Notes: generated by a model not told the origin, from the sequence alone. Shown: positions 41,339 to 51,905, numbered from the stretch's first letter. The stretch is DNA of 64,000 nucleotides from Nitrospinaceae bacterium (GCA_965223665.1 OZ245011.1:288001-352000); one strand, 5' to 3'. Numbers and translations: made by a program.

Positions 41339-42028
41339 ATGGAATTCTTCTTTATTAATTCTTTAAGAGTTGCACATAGAAACGCCCTGATAGTTGTTTT
41401 TTTATTTTTTTTAGGGTTTTTTAAACTAATTAATTCTGCCAATGCTCAAACCCCAGCTGATTTACAACTGAATAGAATTGATATTTTTTCGAATCTAGAT
41501 TCTAAATTTCCAGACAGCGCTCTCTCTATCCAGTCCCCTTTAAATGTAAACTATCTATTCCTTTCCAACAATTTATTGTTAAGATCCAATATTCAAAACT
41601 CATCTGTTAATTTTCGTCTGGAAGGTATTAGAAAATTCCCGTTTGCATCTCTCGGTAGTCAAATTTCAAAATCCAATGCTATTAATTCAGACAACCCGGA
41701 AAATCAGCTAAGCTTTATGAAGGGTTATTATGATTTTAATTTAGGGGGGGAAATGACTCCCTTTTTAGTTGCGGGATTTGGAGGAACTTCTGTTAATGTG
41801 CGACAACTTACTATTAGTTCCATTTCCCCTGTGGATAGTCAAGATCTTGCATTAGCTTATCAATTAGGAGGGGGCTTGAGTTTTCCTATTTCAGACAACG
41901 GAACGCTGCTGTTAGGGTATAAATTTTTTAAAATCCAAGACTTTACCCGCGACGATTTATTAGGAAACCCCATTCAATCCGGCTTCGAAAATCATCAAAT
42001 TACAATTGGACTAAAAACAAGGTTTTGA
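41339..42028 (+). CDS. Outer-membrane beta-barrel protein (8-strand OMP-like)
   Basis: Signal peptide ANA-Q, YYDF..TPFLVAGFG, LAYQLGGG, C-terminal IGLKTRF with terminal Phe. Confidence 0.8.
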   Translation: MEFFFINSLRVAHRNALIVVFLFFLGFFKLINSANAQTPADLQLNRIDIFSNLDSKFPDSALSIQSPLNVNYLFLSNNLLLRSNIQNSSVNFRLEGIRKFPFASLGSQISKSNAINSDNPENQLSFMKGYYDFNLGGEMTPFLVAGFGGTSVNVRQLTISSISPVDSQDLALAYQLGGGLSFPISDNGTLLLGYKFFKIQDFTRDDLLGNPIQSGFENHQITIGLKTRF

Positions 42029-42075
42029 TTTGATTAGATAATAAAATCCATAAGTTTATTAAAATAGCCAAAAAA

Positions 42076-44913
42076 TTACACTAGACAACTCTTTAAGTAT
42101 TTTCCGGTATATGATTTCTTTTGTTTTATAATTTCTTCAGGAGTTCCACTGACTAGAACTTCACCCCCGCGATGTCCCCCTTCAGGTCCTAAATCAACAA
42201 TATAATCGGCAGTTTTAATTACATCTAAATTATGTTCAATGATTATTACTGTGTTCCCTGCATCCACTAACTTAGAAATCACTCCTAACAAATGGCCTAT
42301 ATCGTGAAAGTGAAGACCAGTAGTGGGTTCATCCAATATATATAGGGTTTGACCGGTATTGCGCTTACTTAGTTCTTTTGCCAGTTTGACTCTTTGAGCT
42401 TCTCCCCCGGATAGTGTAGTTGCAGGTTGGCCAAGATGTATATAATCTAAACCCACACTTGTAATAGTTTCCAGTTTTGATCTTATGGAAGGAATATTTT
42501 GGAAAAAATCCAAAGCTTCTTCAGTGGTCATTTCTAAAACCTGAGAAATATTTTTTCCCTTGTATAAAATTTCTAAGGTTTCTCGATTGAACCGTTTGCC
42601 ATGACAAACCTCGCAAGTTACAAATATATCAGGAAGAAAATGCATTTCTACTTTGATAATGCCGTCCCCCTGGCAATCTTCACAGCGTCCGCCCTTAACA
42701 TTAAAACTAAATCTTCCCGGTTTGTAGCCACGTGCCCTGGCTTCGGGGATTTCACTATACAAGTCTCGAATTAAAGTAAAGAGTCCGGTATAAGTAGCAG
42801 GATTGGAGCGGGGAGTACGCCCGATTGGAGACTGATCAATATCGATTACTTTATCTAGAAATTGAGTTCCTTTTATTTTTTTGAACTTTCCTGGTTTTTC
42901 GGTAGCATTCCAAAAGTGCTGGGCCAAAGCTTTGTATAGAATATCTATGGTAAGAGTACTTTTTCCTGAACCCGATACGCCGGTTATACAAGTAAGAGCT
43001 CCCAAGGGAATTTTTACATTAATATTTTTTAAGTTATTGTGTGCCGCCCCCTGGATCTCTAAAAAATTTGCATTTCCCTTACGTCGTTTTTTGGGAACGG
43101 GAATTTCTTTTTTACCAGTTAAATATTGACCGGTTAAGGACTTTTTATTTTTAAGTAATTGCTTCGGGGGCCCAGAAAATATTATTTCACCTCCATGAAT
43201 ACCGGCACCCAGCCCTAAATCGATAACGTAATCTGCTTCACGAATTGTATTTTCATCATGCTCAACCACGATGACCGTATTTCCTAAATCTCGAAGTTTG
43301 GTTAGAGTGTTTAAAAGCCTTTCATTGTCCCTTTGATGAAGTCCAATGCTGGGCTCATCCAATACATATAGAACTCCCATCAAGCTAGAGCCTATTTGCG
43401 TAGCAAGTCGAATTCGTTGACTTTCTCCTCCCGAAAGAGTTGCAGAAGTTCTATTTAAAGTTAAATAATCTAAACCCACATCCATTAAAAACTTTAAACG
43501 TTCCTTTATTTCTTTAACAATCCTCCGAGCAATTGAAAATTCCTGATTCGTAAATTTGAGGGTATTAAAAAACTGTTGGAGTTCTCCTATAGATATTCCG
43601 GTAAGATCGATTATATTTTTGTTTCCTACTTTCACGGAAATTGCTTCCCTTTTTAAACGGGTTCCATTGCAGGCTGGGCAGGGAAGGGCACGCATGTATT
43701 GAGCGATTTCATCTCGGGTGGAAGACGAATCAGTTTCTATATAACGCCGTTCTAAATCCGGGATAACTCCATCATAAGTTCCCGTATAACTATGGCGACG
43801 ATTTCCTTTTTCATAGAAATATTTTACAGGTTGACCTCCAGCACCAAAAAGAACTATTTCCTGAGTTTTTTTTGGAAGATCTTTAAAGGGAGCGTTTAAC
43901 TTGAAATTAAACTGATCGGATAATGCTTCCAACATTTGAAAAAAGTAAACAGAGGTTTTCTTTCTCCAGGGAACGATTGCACCGTTGCGAATTGATAGCC
44001 TGGAATCAGGAACTACCAAGTCGGGATCAATAACCATTTTATTTCCAAGGCCATCGCATTGAGGACAAGCACCACTAGGATTGTTGAATGAAAATAACCT
44101 TGGTTCTAATTCGGGATAACTAATGCCACAGTAATTGCAGGCAAACTTTTCGCTAAATAATAAATCATTCGAGGATTTCTCTACTTTCCCGTTTCCTAAA
44201 ATTGAAACCACCAGATTTCCTTCTCCTTGAATAAGAGCGGTTTCAACCGAATCTGCAAGGCGCTTTCCCATGTTGTTTTTTATAATTAAACGATCCACTA
44301 CGGTATCAATTGAGTGCTTGAATTTTTTATTTAAATTGATTTCTTCCTCAAGAGAACGAATTTCTCCATCTATCCGTGCTCTAACAAACCCCTTTTTTCG
44401 CAGTTCCAAGAGTTCTTTTTTAAATTCTCCTTTTCGATCCTTGACCAAGGGAGACAAAATTAGAACTTTGGATCCTTCCGGAATGGATTGAACCTGATCT
44501 ACAATTTGTTGAACTGTTTGTGAAGAAATTTGGCGTCCACATTTGAAACAAAATACATGGCCTACGCGAGCGTATAGCAATCTTAAATAATCATAAATTT
44601 CGGTTACTGTACCAACTGTAGATCGTGGGTTTTTACTTGATGTTTTTTGCTCTATGGAAATCGCAGGGGAAAGACCTTCAATGTAATCGACATCCGGTTT
44701 TTCCATGAGTTCCAGAAATTGGCGAGCGTAAGCTGAGAGTGACTCGACGTAGCGGCGTTGTCCCTCAGCATATATGGTATCAAATGCTAATGAGGATTTA
44801 CCCGAACCACTAAGGCCTGTAATTACTACAAGTTTATCACGGGGCATAGAAACATTAATGCTCTTTAGATTGTGTTCTCTAGCCCCTTTGATAATTATTT
44901 TTTCAATTGACAT
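42076..44913 (-). CDS. uvrA: Excinuclease ABC subunit A
   Basis: GAREHNLK, two Walker A motifs ([16 protein letters not shown]), LSGGE signatures, zinc fingers. Confidence 0.98.
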   Translation of the reverse strand: MSIEKIIIKGAREHNLKSINVSMPRDKLVVITGLSGSGKSSLAFDTIYAEGQRRYVESLSAYARQFLELMEKPDVDYIEGLSPAISIEQKTSSKNPRSTVGTVTEIYDYLRLLYARVGHVFCFKCGRQISSQTVQQIVDQVQSIPEGSKVLILSPLVKDRKGEFKKELLELRKKGFVRARIDGEIRSLEEEINLNKKFKHSIDTVVDRLIIKNNMGKRLADSVETALIQGEGNLVVSILGNGKVEKSSNDLLFSEKFACNYCGISYPELEPRLFSFNNPSGACPQCDGLGNKMVIDPDLVVPDSRLSIRNGAIVPWRKKTSVYFFQMLEALSDQFNFKLNAPFKDLPKKTQEIVLFGAGGQPVKYFYEKGNRRHSYTGTYDGVIPDLERRYIETDSSSTRDEIAQYMRALPCPACNGTRLKREAISVKVGNKNIIDLTGISIGELQQFFNTLKFTNQEFSIARRIVKEIKERLKFLMDVGLDYLTLNRTSATLSGGESQRIRLATQIGSSLMGVLYVLDEPSIGLHQRDNERLLNTLTKLRDLGNTVIVVEHDENTIREADYVIDLGLGAGIHGGEIIFSGPPKQLLKNKKSLTGQYLTGKKEIPVPKKRRKGNANFLEIQGAAHNNLKNINVKIPLGALTCITGVSGSGKSTLTIDILYKALAQHFWNATEKPGKFKKIKGTQFLDKVIDIDQSPIGRTPRSNPATYTGLFTLIRDLYSEIPEARARGYKPGRFSFNVKGGRCEDCQGDGIIKVEMHFLPDIFVTCEVCHGKRFNRETLEILYKGKNISQVLEMTTEEALDFFQNIPSIRSKLETITSVGLDYIHLGQPATTLSGGEAQRVKLAKELSKRNTGQTLYILDEPTTGLHFHDIGHLLGVISKLVDAGNTVIIIEHNLDVIKTADYIVDLGPEGGHRGGEVLVSGTPEEIIKQKKSYTGKYLKSCLV

Positions 44914-44941
44914 ATATTATTTAAAAGCAAAACTAAAAGCT

Positions 44942-46765
44942 TCACTTAAAGAGAAAGTTCCATTTTTTGTCGACCAGGTTTTTAATGTCTTGCGACATTT
45001 TTATTTCTTCTGGCCATTGTTGAGTGTATCCCTCATCAGGAAATTTTTTTGTGACATCGATGGCTATCCGTTGACCATCGACATAGGTATCTCTTTCAGG
45101 GTCCAGGTTATTAAAAAGTTTCCAAAGAACTTCAGTTTTATTATTTAAATCCACATGTGCTTCAAAAGCGATTATTATTCCAATTTCCTTTTGTCCTGGA
45201 TCTTCGAAAAAAGATTCGAAAAATTTTTTCACATCATCGGAATTTATTTTTTCTATTGAGACTAACATGATTGGACACTTGGTATTCAATTTGATAACTA
45301 GGCTATCTTTTATTTCCTGATAATTTTGCTTTAAAAGTGTATCTAAATTTATTTCCGAGTTAATAAGTTTTAAATTTGAGTCATTTTTGGATTTTGGTTC
45401 CCCATCAATTTTTTGAGTGGCATCGATTCCTAATTTAGAACCATATAGGGCCGAGTCAGAGGCATGGTTTAAAACATCTAAAATTCCTTCAGAAAAAAAT
45501 AAGTCAATTTCTATATCAATATTGTTTAAGATAGTCTCTAAAACCAGCTTTTCATCGTGAACATTAATTTCAGAGTCAACAACCACAATAATTTTCACAA
45601 AACTCATTTGACCTGCTCCCCACAAGGTGCTCATTAAACGGCGTGCCTGCATGGGAAATCGCTTGTCAATGGAAACGATGACACAATTATGAAAAACACC
45701 TTCTAAAGGCATATTCATATCGACAAGCTCTGGAAGTTGTGTCTGAAGAAGGGGGAGAAAAATTCGTTCAGTTGCTTTCCCTAAATAAAAATCTTCCTGA
45801 GGGGGTTTGCCGACAATGGTAGTCAGATATATGGGGTCTTTACGATGGGTTATGGCCGTTACATGAAATACTGGGTAATCTCCATCTTGAGAGTAATAGC
45901 CCGTATGATCTCCAAAAGGTCCTTCCAACTTTAATTCACTTGGATCTATAAAACCCTCTAAAACAATTTCAGAATTTGCGGGAACCTCAAGGTTGACGGT
46001 TTTACATTTAACTAATTGAACAGGTTTTTTTCGGATAAAACCAGCAAGTAAAAATTCATCAATTCCATAAGGGAGAGGAGCCGAAGCTGCATAACAAGAT
46101 ACGGGATCAGCCCCAATGGCTACCGCGACTTCCATCTTTTTATTTTGCTTTTTATAGTCATGAAAAAAATGAGCTCCATCCTTATGGATGTGCCAATGCA
46201 TGGCCGTTGTATTTTTATCAAAAACCTGCATTCTATAAAGTCCCACATTTCTGATTTTTTGATCGACACTCCGGTTGATAACCATAGGAAAAGTAATGAA
46301 TGGTCCTGCGTCTAAGGGCCAACATTGCAAAATAGGTAAAATACTTAAATCAACTTGATCTTCAGTAAGGACCACTTCTTGACAAGGGGGAGATTTTGAA
46401 TGAATAAGTTTAGGTGGAAAAAAAGAAGCTTCTAAAAGCATTGGAAGTAGCTTTGCTTTGTCAAATAAAGTGGTTGGGGGTTTGGTTTTTAGGTATTTTT
46501 CTATATCTTTTGCAATTTTATATACATCCTTGACACCAAGGGCCAGGTTCATTCGATTCGAACTTCCAAAAGCATTTATTAGAACAGGAATATTGCTTCC
46601 TTTAACATTTTTAAACAACAGTGCTTTTCCACCCTCTGGACTCTTGGAAATTCGATCTGTGATTTCAGTTATTTCTAATATTGGAGAAACTTCATCCTGG
46701 ATATGTATGATTTCTCCGTGACTATCTAAAAGTTTAATGAATTCTCTAAGGGAATTTGTAATCAT
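44942..46765 (-). CDS. UbiD-family (menaquinone-pathway-type) prFMN decarboxylase
   Basis: [47 protein letters not shown]. Confidence 0.9.
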   Translation of the reverse strand: MITNSLREFIKLLDSHGEIIHIQDEVSPILEITEITDRISKSPEGGKALLFKNVKGSNIPVLINAFGSSNRMNLALGVKDVYKIAKDIEKYLKTKPPTTLFDKAKLLPMLLEASFFPPKLIHSKSPPCQEVVLTEDQVDLSILPILQCWPLDAGPFITFPMVINRSVDQKIRNVGLYRMQVFDKNTTAMHWHIHKDGAHFFHDYKKQNKKMEVAVAIGADPVSCYAASAPLPYGIDEFLLAGFIRKKPVQLVKCKTVNLEVPANSEIVLEGFIDPSELKLEGPFGDHTGYYSQDGDYPVFHVTAITHRKDPIYLTTIVGKPPQEDFYLGKATERIFLPLLQTQLPELVDMNMPLEGVFHNCVIVSIDKRFPMQARRLMSTLWGAGQMSFVKIIVVVDSEINVHDEKLVLETILNNIDIEIDLFFSEGILDVLNHASDSALYGSKLGIDATQKIDGEPKSKNDSNLKLINSEINLDTLLKQNYQEIKDSLVIKLNTKCPIMLVSIEKINSDDVKKFFESFFEDPGQKEIGIIIAFEAHVDLNNKTEVLWKLFNNLDPERDTYVDGQRIAIDVTKKFPDEGYTQQWPEEIKMSQDIKNLVDKKWNFLFK

Positions 46766-46888
46766 CCGTAAATAAGTCCAAATTTAAGCAAAGGGACATT
46801 ATATCTTAGTCTGATTATCATTTTGTAATTTCTTACTCTCCCTTGTGCAAAATTATTAAAGAAAATTGGTATATGGTAGGATGAACCT

Positions 46889-47812
46889 ATGTGGGTATTT
46901 ATTTGTAAACGATTGTTGCATGGGATTCCTGTTTTACTTGCGGTAGCGACTCTCACCTTCTGTATAATGCATTGGGCGCCAGGGGGTCCCTTTGACCGTG
47001 ATAAAAAACTTCCACCAGAAATAATTGCTAATATTGAGGCAAAATACCATTTAGATAAACCTCTCTGGCAACAATATCTTTTATACATGAAGCAGCTATG
47101 TCAAGGAGATTTGGGTCCCTCTTATAAGTATATTGGTCGTGATGTTGCGGATATTATTAAAGATACGTTTCCAGTATCGGTTTCCTTAGGGATTTGTGCT
47201 GTGTTAGTAACCTTAGGACTTGGGATTCCAGCCGGAATTTTTTCTGCAGCAAAACAAAACTCACCACTCGACCATTTTTTCATTATAGTTGCAACTTTAG
47301 GGATTTCCTTTCCCAGCTTTGTCCTTGGTACATTTTTAATTTTATTATTTTCCCATCAATGGAATTTATTGCCTCCTGCCCTATGGGAGGGTCCTCGCCA
47401 TATGATTATGCCTGCTTTTGCTTTGGGGGCTGGATTTGCAGGTTATATTGCCAGGCTTACTCGATCTTCGGTATTAGAAATTTTGTCAGAAGATTATATA
47501 CGAACAGCTCGTGCAAAAGGTTTGAGTAACACAAGGGTTTTATTGAAACATGTATTTTTAAATTCTCTAACTCCTATTGTATCAGTGATGGGCCCTCTGA
47601 CGGCAGGTTTGATAACAGGATCTTTTGTCATTGAATTTATATTTTCGGTTCCCGGGATGGGAAACTTTTTTATTACGGCTGTAACCAATCGAGATTATCC
47701 ATTAATCATGGGTGTTACTATGCTTTATGCGGTATTGATAATTTTAGCCAATGTGATTGTGGACATCATTTATGTAAAACTCGACCCTAGGGTGAAATTA
47801 ACTAATCAATAG
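46889..47812 (+). CDS. oppB: Oligopeptide/dipeptide ABC transporter permease (OppB-like)
   Basis: APGGPF, GDLGPSY, EDYIRTARAKGL, RDYPLIMG. Confidence 0.9.
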   Translation: MWVFICKRLLHGIPVLLAVATLTFCIMHWAPGGPFDRDKKLPPEIIANIEAKYHLDKPLWQQYLLYMKQLCQGDLGPSYKYIGRDVADIIKDTFPVSVSLGICAVLVTLGLGIPAGIFSAAKQNSPLDHFFIIVATLGISFPSFVLGTFLILLFSHQWNLLPPALWEGPRHMIMPAFALGAGFAGYIARLTRSSVLEILSEDYIRTARAKGLSNTRVLLKHVFLNSLTPIVSVMGPLTAGLITGSFVIEFIFSVPGMGNFFITAVTNRDYPLIMGVTMLYAVLIILANVIVDIIYVKLDPRVKLTNQ

Positions 47813-47814
47813 AT

Positions 47815-48645
47815 ATGTTGTCTGAAATAAAAAAATTTTCTTGGCCGGCCAGATTTAGTTTAATTTTTATTTTGCTTGTGATGCTAATTGGGATAATGGC
47901 GCCTTGGATTTCACCTTATTCTTATCAAGAACAGGATACTTTAAAAACTTTATCCCCTCCCTCGGCTGTACATTGGATGGGGACCGATCAGCTGGGTCGA
48001 GATTTATTTTCCCGATTAATTTTTGGAGCAAGGGTTTCCTTATTTATTGGAATTTCTACAACTTTGATTGCAATGGTGATAGGAACTATTTATGGGGGAA
48101 TATCCGGATATGTGGGAGGTAAGACTGACAATATTATGATGCGAATCGTGGACGTTATTTTTTCATTGCCAGATTTGCTTATGATTATTCTAATTACCAT
48201 GGTTTTGGGACGGGGCCTTTTGGGCCTTTTTTTGGCTTTAACTATTGTTAGTTGGGTTACCGTTGCACGAGTGGTGCGTGGAGAAGTTTTAAAAATAAAA
48301 GAGATGGCCTATGTGGAAGCCGCTCGTGTAATAGGAGCTAGTAATTCAAGAATATTATTTCACGAAATTTTACCCAACATTCTTGGGATACTAATTGTCA
48401 CTTTAACTTTTCGCATTCCTGTAGCGATTTTAGCAGAGTCTACTTTGAGCTTTATCGGTTTAGGAATTGCTCCTCCTTTTAGTAGTTGGGGTACTTTAGC
48501 GAATGATGGATGGACAGCAGTCAAATTTTACCCTCATTTAATCTTGTTTCCTTCCCTGGCTATATTTTTTACAATTTTGTCGTTTAATCTTCTTGGGGAG
48601 GGTATTCGCGATTACTTTGATCCTCGAAAAAGTCTTAAAGTTTAA
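47815..48645 (+). CDS. oppC: Oligopeptide/dipeptide ABC transporter permease (OppC-like)
   Basis: HWMGTDQLGRD, YVEAARVIGA EAA motif, ESTLSFIGLG. Confidence 0.9.
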   Translation: MLSEIKKFSWPARFSLIFILLVMLIGIMAPWISPYSYQEQDTLKTLSPPSAVHWMGTDQLGRDLFSRLIFGARVSLFIGISTTLIAMVIGTIYGGISGYVGGKTDNIMMRIVDVIFSLPDLLMIILITMVLGRGLLGLFLALTIVSWVTVARVVRGEVLKIKEMAYVEAARVIGASNSRILFHEILPNILGILIVTLTFRIPVAILAESTLSFIGLGIAPPFSSWGTLANDGWTAVKFYPHLILFPSLAIFFTILSFNLLGEGIRDYFDPRKSLKV

Positions 48646-48799
48646 TAAAATCAATAAGTTAGTTTATTTGCAAAAGAAATTTATGGGGTTTTTTTTCCGG
48701 AATTAAAGGGATAAAATAATTACATGAAGGGATATTTGCATTTTGGGAAGTTTTATTTATTTCCTAAAAATTTATTATTTTAAATTGCACTATTTCATA

Positions 48800-48827
48800 T
48801 TGACATAACAATTTAGTGCATTAAAAT
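48800..48827 (+). promoter_or_regulatory. Putative sigma70 promoter bracketed by an inverted repeat
   Basis: TTGACA-N16-TAAAAT; TGCACTA (48786-48792) and TAGTGCA (48814-48820). Confidence 0.5.
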
Positions 48828-48890
48828 TAGCGACTCTTATGTTCTTACCCAAGGAATAGGTGGTTAATTTTTTGAAGGAATAATTTGATT

Positions 48891-49166
48891 ATGAGTGCCT
48901 TAAAATCAGATCTTATTTGCGAGATTATTCGTAAATCGCAAACTAATCTTTTAAAAAAGAAAACCGGAGACAATGGTGATTGCAATGAGCAATTAGTTTT
49001 GCATTGGGTAAAAAATAATGCGAAGAGTTATAGAGATTATTATTGTGACCAACTAAGCCATTGTTCAACTTCCGAGCTGGGCGTTATTTTGAAAGAATTA
49101 CAAGAATCTATGAAAGATTTAAATGACTTATTAATTAATTCCCCGAGTTTTGTAGAAAAAGTTTAA
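48891..49166 (+). CDS. Hypothetical protein
   Basis: AAGGA RBS upstream; helical 91-aa product; start could be TTG 48885. Confidence 0.65.
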   Translation: MSALKSDLICEIIRKSQTNLLKKKTGDNGDCNEQLVLHWVKNNAKSYRDYYCDQLSHCSTSELGVILKELQESMKDLNDLLINSPSFVEKV

Positions 49167-49171
49167 ACAAA

Positions 49172-49801
49172 ATGGAAGAAAACAAATCAAAGACAGAATC
49201 TCCCCCAGGAGCAACCCCCGCAGAAAAGCCTAAGGTTGCACCTAAGCCTGCAGCAAAGCCTGCACCTAAAGCAGTTCCAAAAGCGGCAGCGAAACCTAAA
49301 GTTGAAAAAAAACCTTTAATTGACAACGGGAATGGAACAATTACCGATCCTAATTCTGGATTAATGTGGAAACAAAGTGATGCTTGGTTAGATATGCATA
49401 AATTTTTTACATGGGACAATCACACCGAGTATATCGAAAAATTTAATAAAGAGAAATTCGCAGGTTTCGAAGATTGGAGAATTCCTAGTAAAGCAGAGGC
49501 GATGACTTTATTTGATAAAACTTTGGAAAATCTCGATAAAAATGGTACTAAATTTCCTTTAGATCCTATCTTTTCTGCTGGAGGAGCTTCTACAACCTGG
49601 ATTAGTGAATGTACTCCTGAAAAGGTGGTTCGTTTTGATTATAAAATAGGAAATGACTTCGCTTATCCTCCTACAGAGATTTGGTCTTCTATGAGATTAG
49701 TTAGAAAAACCGAGGTGCCTGATCAAAAAGAAAAATCTGAAACTGAGGAAAAGAAAGCTGAGGCTAGTAAGCCCGCAAACCCTGAAGTTAAGCCTGCCTA
49801 G
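49172..49801 (+). CDS. DUF1566 (Lcl-C) domain protein with Pro/Ala/Lys-rich N-terminus
   Basis: DNGNGTITDPNSGLMWKQ, AGFEDWRIPS..E, MRLVR. Confidence 0.85.
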   Translation: MEENKSKTESPPGATPAEKPKVAPKPAAKPAPKAVPKAAAKPKVEKKPLIDNGNGTITDPNSGLMWKQSDAWLDMHKFFTWDNHTEYIEKFNKEKFAGFEDWRIPSKAEAMTLFDKTLENLDKNGTKFPLDPIFSAGGASTTWISECTPEKVVRFDYKIGNDFAYPPTEIWSSMRLVRKTEVPDQKEKSETEEKKAEASKPANPEVKPA

Positions 49802-49846
49802 GTTTCAAAGGCATTTACTCCAATAAATTTGTAATTTATCCTTTTC

Positions 49847-50137
49847 TCAAGGTTTTTTTTTCACCCATTCCTGCATTACTTGGGCCGTGAGCCCTGGATT
49901 TTTTAGAGCATATTTTCTAACTGCTAACCTCATAGCCTGCATCTTTGGGTCACCAATTGGCAAGCTCCTTTTGGGTGGGGCTTTAGACCCTGGAATGAGT
50001 TTTTTCCTTTGGTTCGGTAACGGGGTTTGTGGGTTAGATTGTGGGGCCCGCGGAATAGAATTAAATGAAACAAATAATAAAATACCTGCAAGAATTGAAA
50101 CTATAGAAAGAAAACCCAGGAGCAATGAAAACTTCAT
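49847..50137 (-). CDS. Small membrane protein resembling the FliF cytoplasmic C-terminus
   Basis: N-terminal TM helix, Pro-rich linker, VRKYALKNPGLTAQVMQEWV; 14 nt downstream of the dnaJ-like gene. Confidence 0.6.
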   Translation of the reverse strand: MKFSLLLGFLSIVSILAGILLFVSFNSIPRAPQSNPQTPLPNQRKKLIPGSKAPPKRSLPIGDPKMQAMRLAVRKYALKNPGLTAQVMQEWVKKKP

Positions 50138-50151
50138 AATTTCTTATCGTA

Positions 50152-51087
50152 TTATTGGTCAGAAATATGAAACTTTACTATAAAATCTCCTCTTTTTTTT
50201 CCCCACGGATCGGTGGAACCCGCTCCTGAAATACGATACTCTTCTCCTGTAAGGGTACCTTCCTCTACCGAAATGGTTTGGATTGAATCTAGTGTCTGGA
50301 CTTCAAGGGGGCCCCCTTCATTTGCTAATTCAGGGGAAATGAAAATATCTGCATATATATCCTTCTTAAATTTTTTAAATTGAGGGTGTTGTTTAATATT
50401 TATTTTTAGCATCAAATCGCCTGGAGGACCACCATTTCGACCTGCCCCACCTTCGTTGGGAAGACGCAAAGTATATTGGTCTACCACCCCAGAAGGAATT
50501 TCCACATTCAAGGTTACCTGTTTTACTACCCTTTGCGACCCTTTACAGTTGAGGCATTCATTTTCTTCTTCATTCATTCCAGTTCCATTGCAGTTTTCAC
50601 AAATTACCTGCTTTTCATAATGGAAGGGCATATTGCCTCCCAATGCTGCTGTGACAAATGGGACTTCAATAAAAAACTGCAGATCAAATCCTCGAGTTGG
50701 CCAATCTGGATCAATGGGGACTTCTTCATCAAATCTCGTATTTGAAAATGGGTCTTGTGGATTTTCCCTGGGTCCTTGACGTTGGTATTTATAGCCAAAA
50801 TCAAAATCACTTGCTTGTTGTTGGGAATAAGATTGCGAATACGATTGGGATGTCCTCTGTGCCTGAACTCGCATTCGATCATATTGCTTTCTTTTTTTGG
50901 AATCGATTAGAACAGAATAGGCTTCTGATATTAATTTGAAATTTTCCTCAGCTTTTTTGCTTCCTTGGTTGGTATCTGGATGGTGTTTTTTAGCTAATTC
51001 TCTATAACGTTTTTTTATTTGTTTAGGTTTTGAATTAGAGGCAACACCTAAAATTTTATAATAGTTTTTCTCTGCGGAAATTTGCAT
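50152..51087 (-). CDS. DnaJ-family co-chaperone with reduced zinc finger
   Basis: J domain with HPD, RGFDL, only two CxxCxG repeats, DnaJ C-terminal GGPPGDL. Confidence 0.88.
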   Translation of the reverse strand: MQISAEKNYYKILGVASNSKPKQIKKRYRELAKKHHPDTNQGSKKAEENFKLISEAYSVLIDSKKRKQYDRMRVQAQRTSQSYSQSYSQQQASDFDFGYKYQRQGPRENPQDPFSNTRFDEEVPIDPDWPTRGFDLQFFIEVPFVTAALGGNMPFHYEKQVICENCNGTGMNEEENECLNCKGSQRVVKQVTLNVEIPSGVVDQYTLRLPNEGGAGRNGGPPGDLMLKINIKQHPQFKKFKKDIYADIFISPELANEGGPLEVQTLDSIQTISVEEGTLTGEEYRISGAGSTDPWGKKRGDFIVKFHISDQ

Positions 51088-51131
51088 TCAAATAGAACCC
51101 AAGAAAGAATAAGGATTTTTTTATTCTATCT

Positions 51132-51905
51132 TTAACTATGATGGAGTTCAACAGAAGGAGTTGCAAAAGGTTGGGGTGCCAAGTGTTTGGTTTCTTGGAT
51201 TGTATCCCCAAACGGAGTCTCGGTTAATAAAGCAAATAATAAATCGCGTTGAGTTTTCGATTTGTGAGGACAAAATTGATCTCTAAATTTAATCATTAAT
51301 ATTTCGCTATTCATTTTAGAATTTCTTTCAGTAGGCCAAAGAAGAATTTTTTCTGAGCTTAATTTTTCTACCCGTGCAAAGTTAGAGGGTTTAAAAATGT
51401 GGTGGCTGAAAGCACCTTTGAATTCAAGAAAATTACTTTTTCGATTTATATATCCAATATCTAACTGGTTGGGAATAAAACCAAATAGGTTCCCCGGCTT
51501 CAATCCATAGATGACAACAAAGTTTGAGTTCTTATTTACTGGAGTGATGTTTGCAAACTTTTTATTGTAAATAGAACGAAACCAACTATTTGAAAAATCC
51601 AGCCACCTGAAAGCGATAGCCCCAACAAATATTATGTTCAATATGAATGTATATGGATTTTTAGTTATTAGAAAGTAAACGAAAAACGCAATAGTTATGC
51701 CAAAGAATACGCTTATTACTAGGTTAAAGGTATCCATATTTAAATAAAAACCTAAAATTTCTTTCCCGAAAGGTGGTTGATTTTTTTGTAAATGGTAGCG
51801 TCGTTTCAAGATAAGACAGGTAGCCACTGCTAAAGAAAATGACAATATGGTTATAGGAAAATTAAAAAATGCGATTAGGTAAGCTACCAATAATAATTCC
51901 GTCAT
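51132..51905 (-). CDS. Hypothetical membrane protein
   Basis: About three N-terminal TM helices plus a soluble domain; same strand as the dnaJ-like gene. Confidence 0.65.
   Translation of the reverse strand: MTELLLVAYLIAFFNFPITILSFSLAVATCLILKRRYHLQKNQPPFGKEILGFYLNMDTFNLVISVFFGITIAFFVYFLITKNPYTFILNIIFVGAIAFRWLDFSNSWFRSIYNKKFANITPVNKNSNFVVIYGLKPGNLFGFIPNQLDIGYINRKSNFLEFKGAFSHHIFKPSNFARVEKLSSEKILLWPTERNSKMNSEILMIKFRDQFCPHKSKTQRDLLFALLTETPFGDTIQETKHLAPQPFATPSVELHHS

Noticed and set aside
48786-48820. CIRCE element
   Set aside because: The arms resemble TTAGCACTC, but the spacing is 21 nt rather than 9 and no chaperone gene follows.
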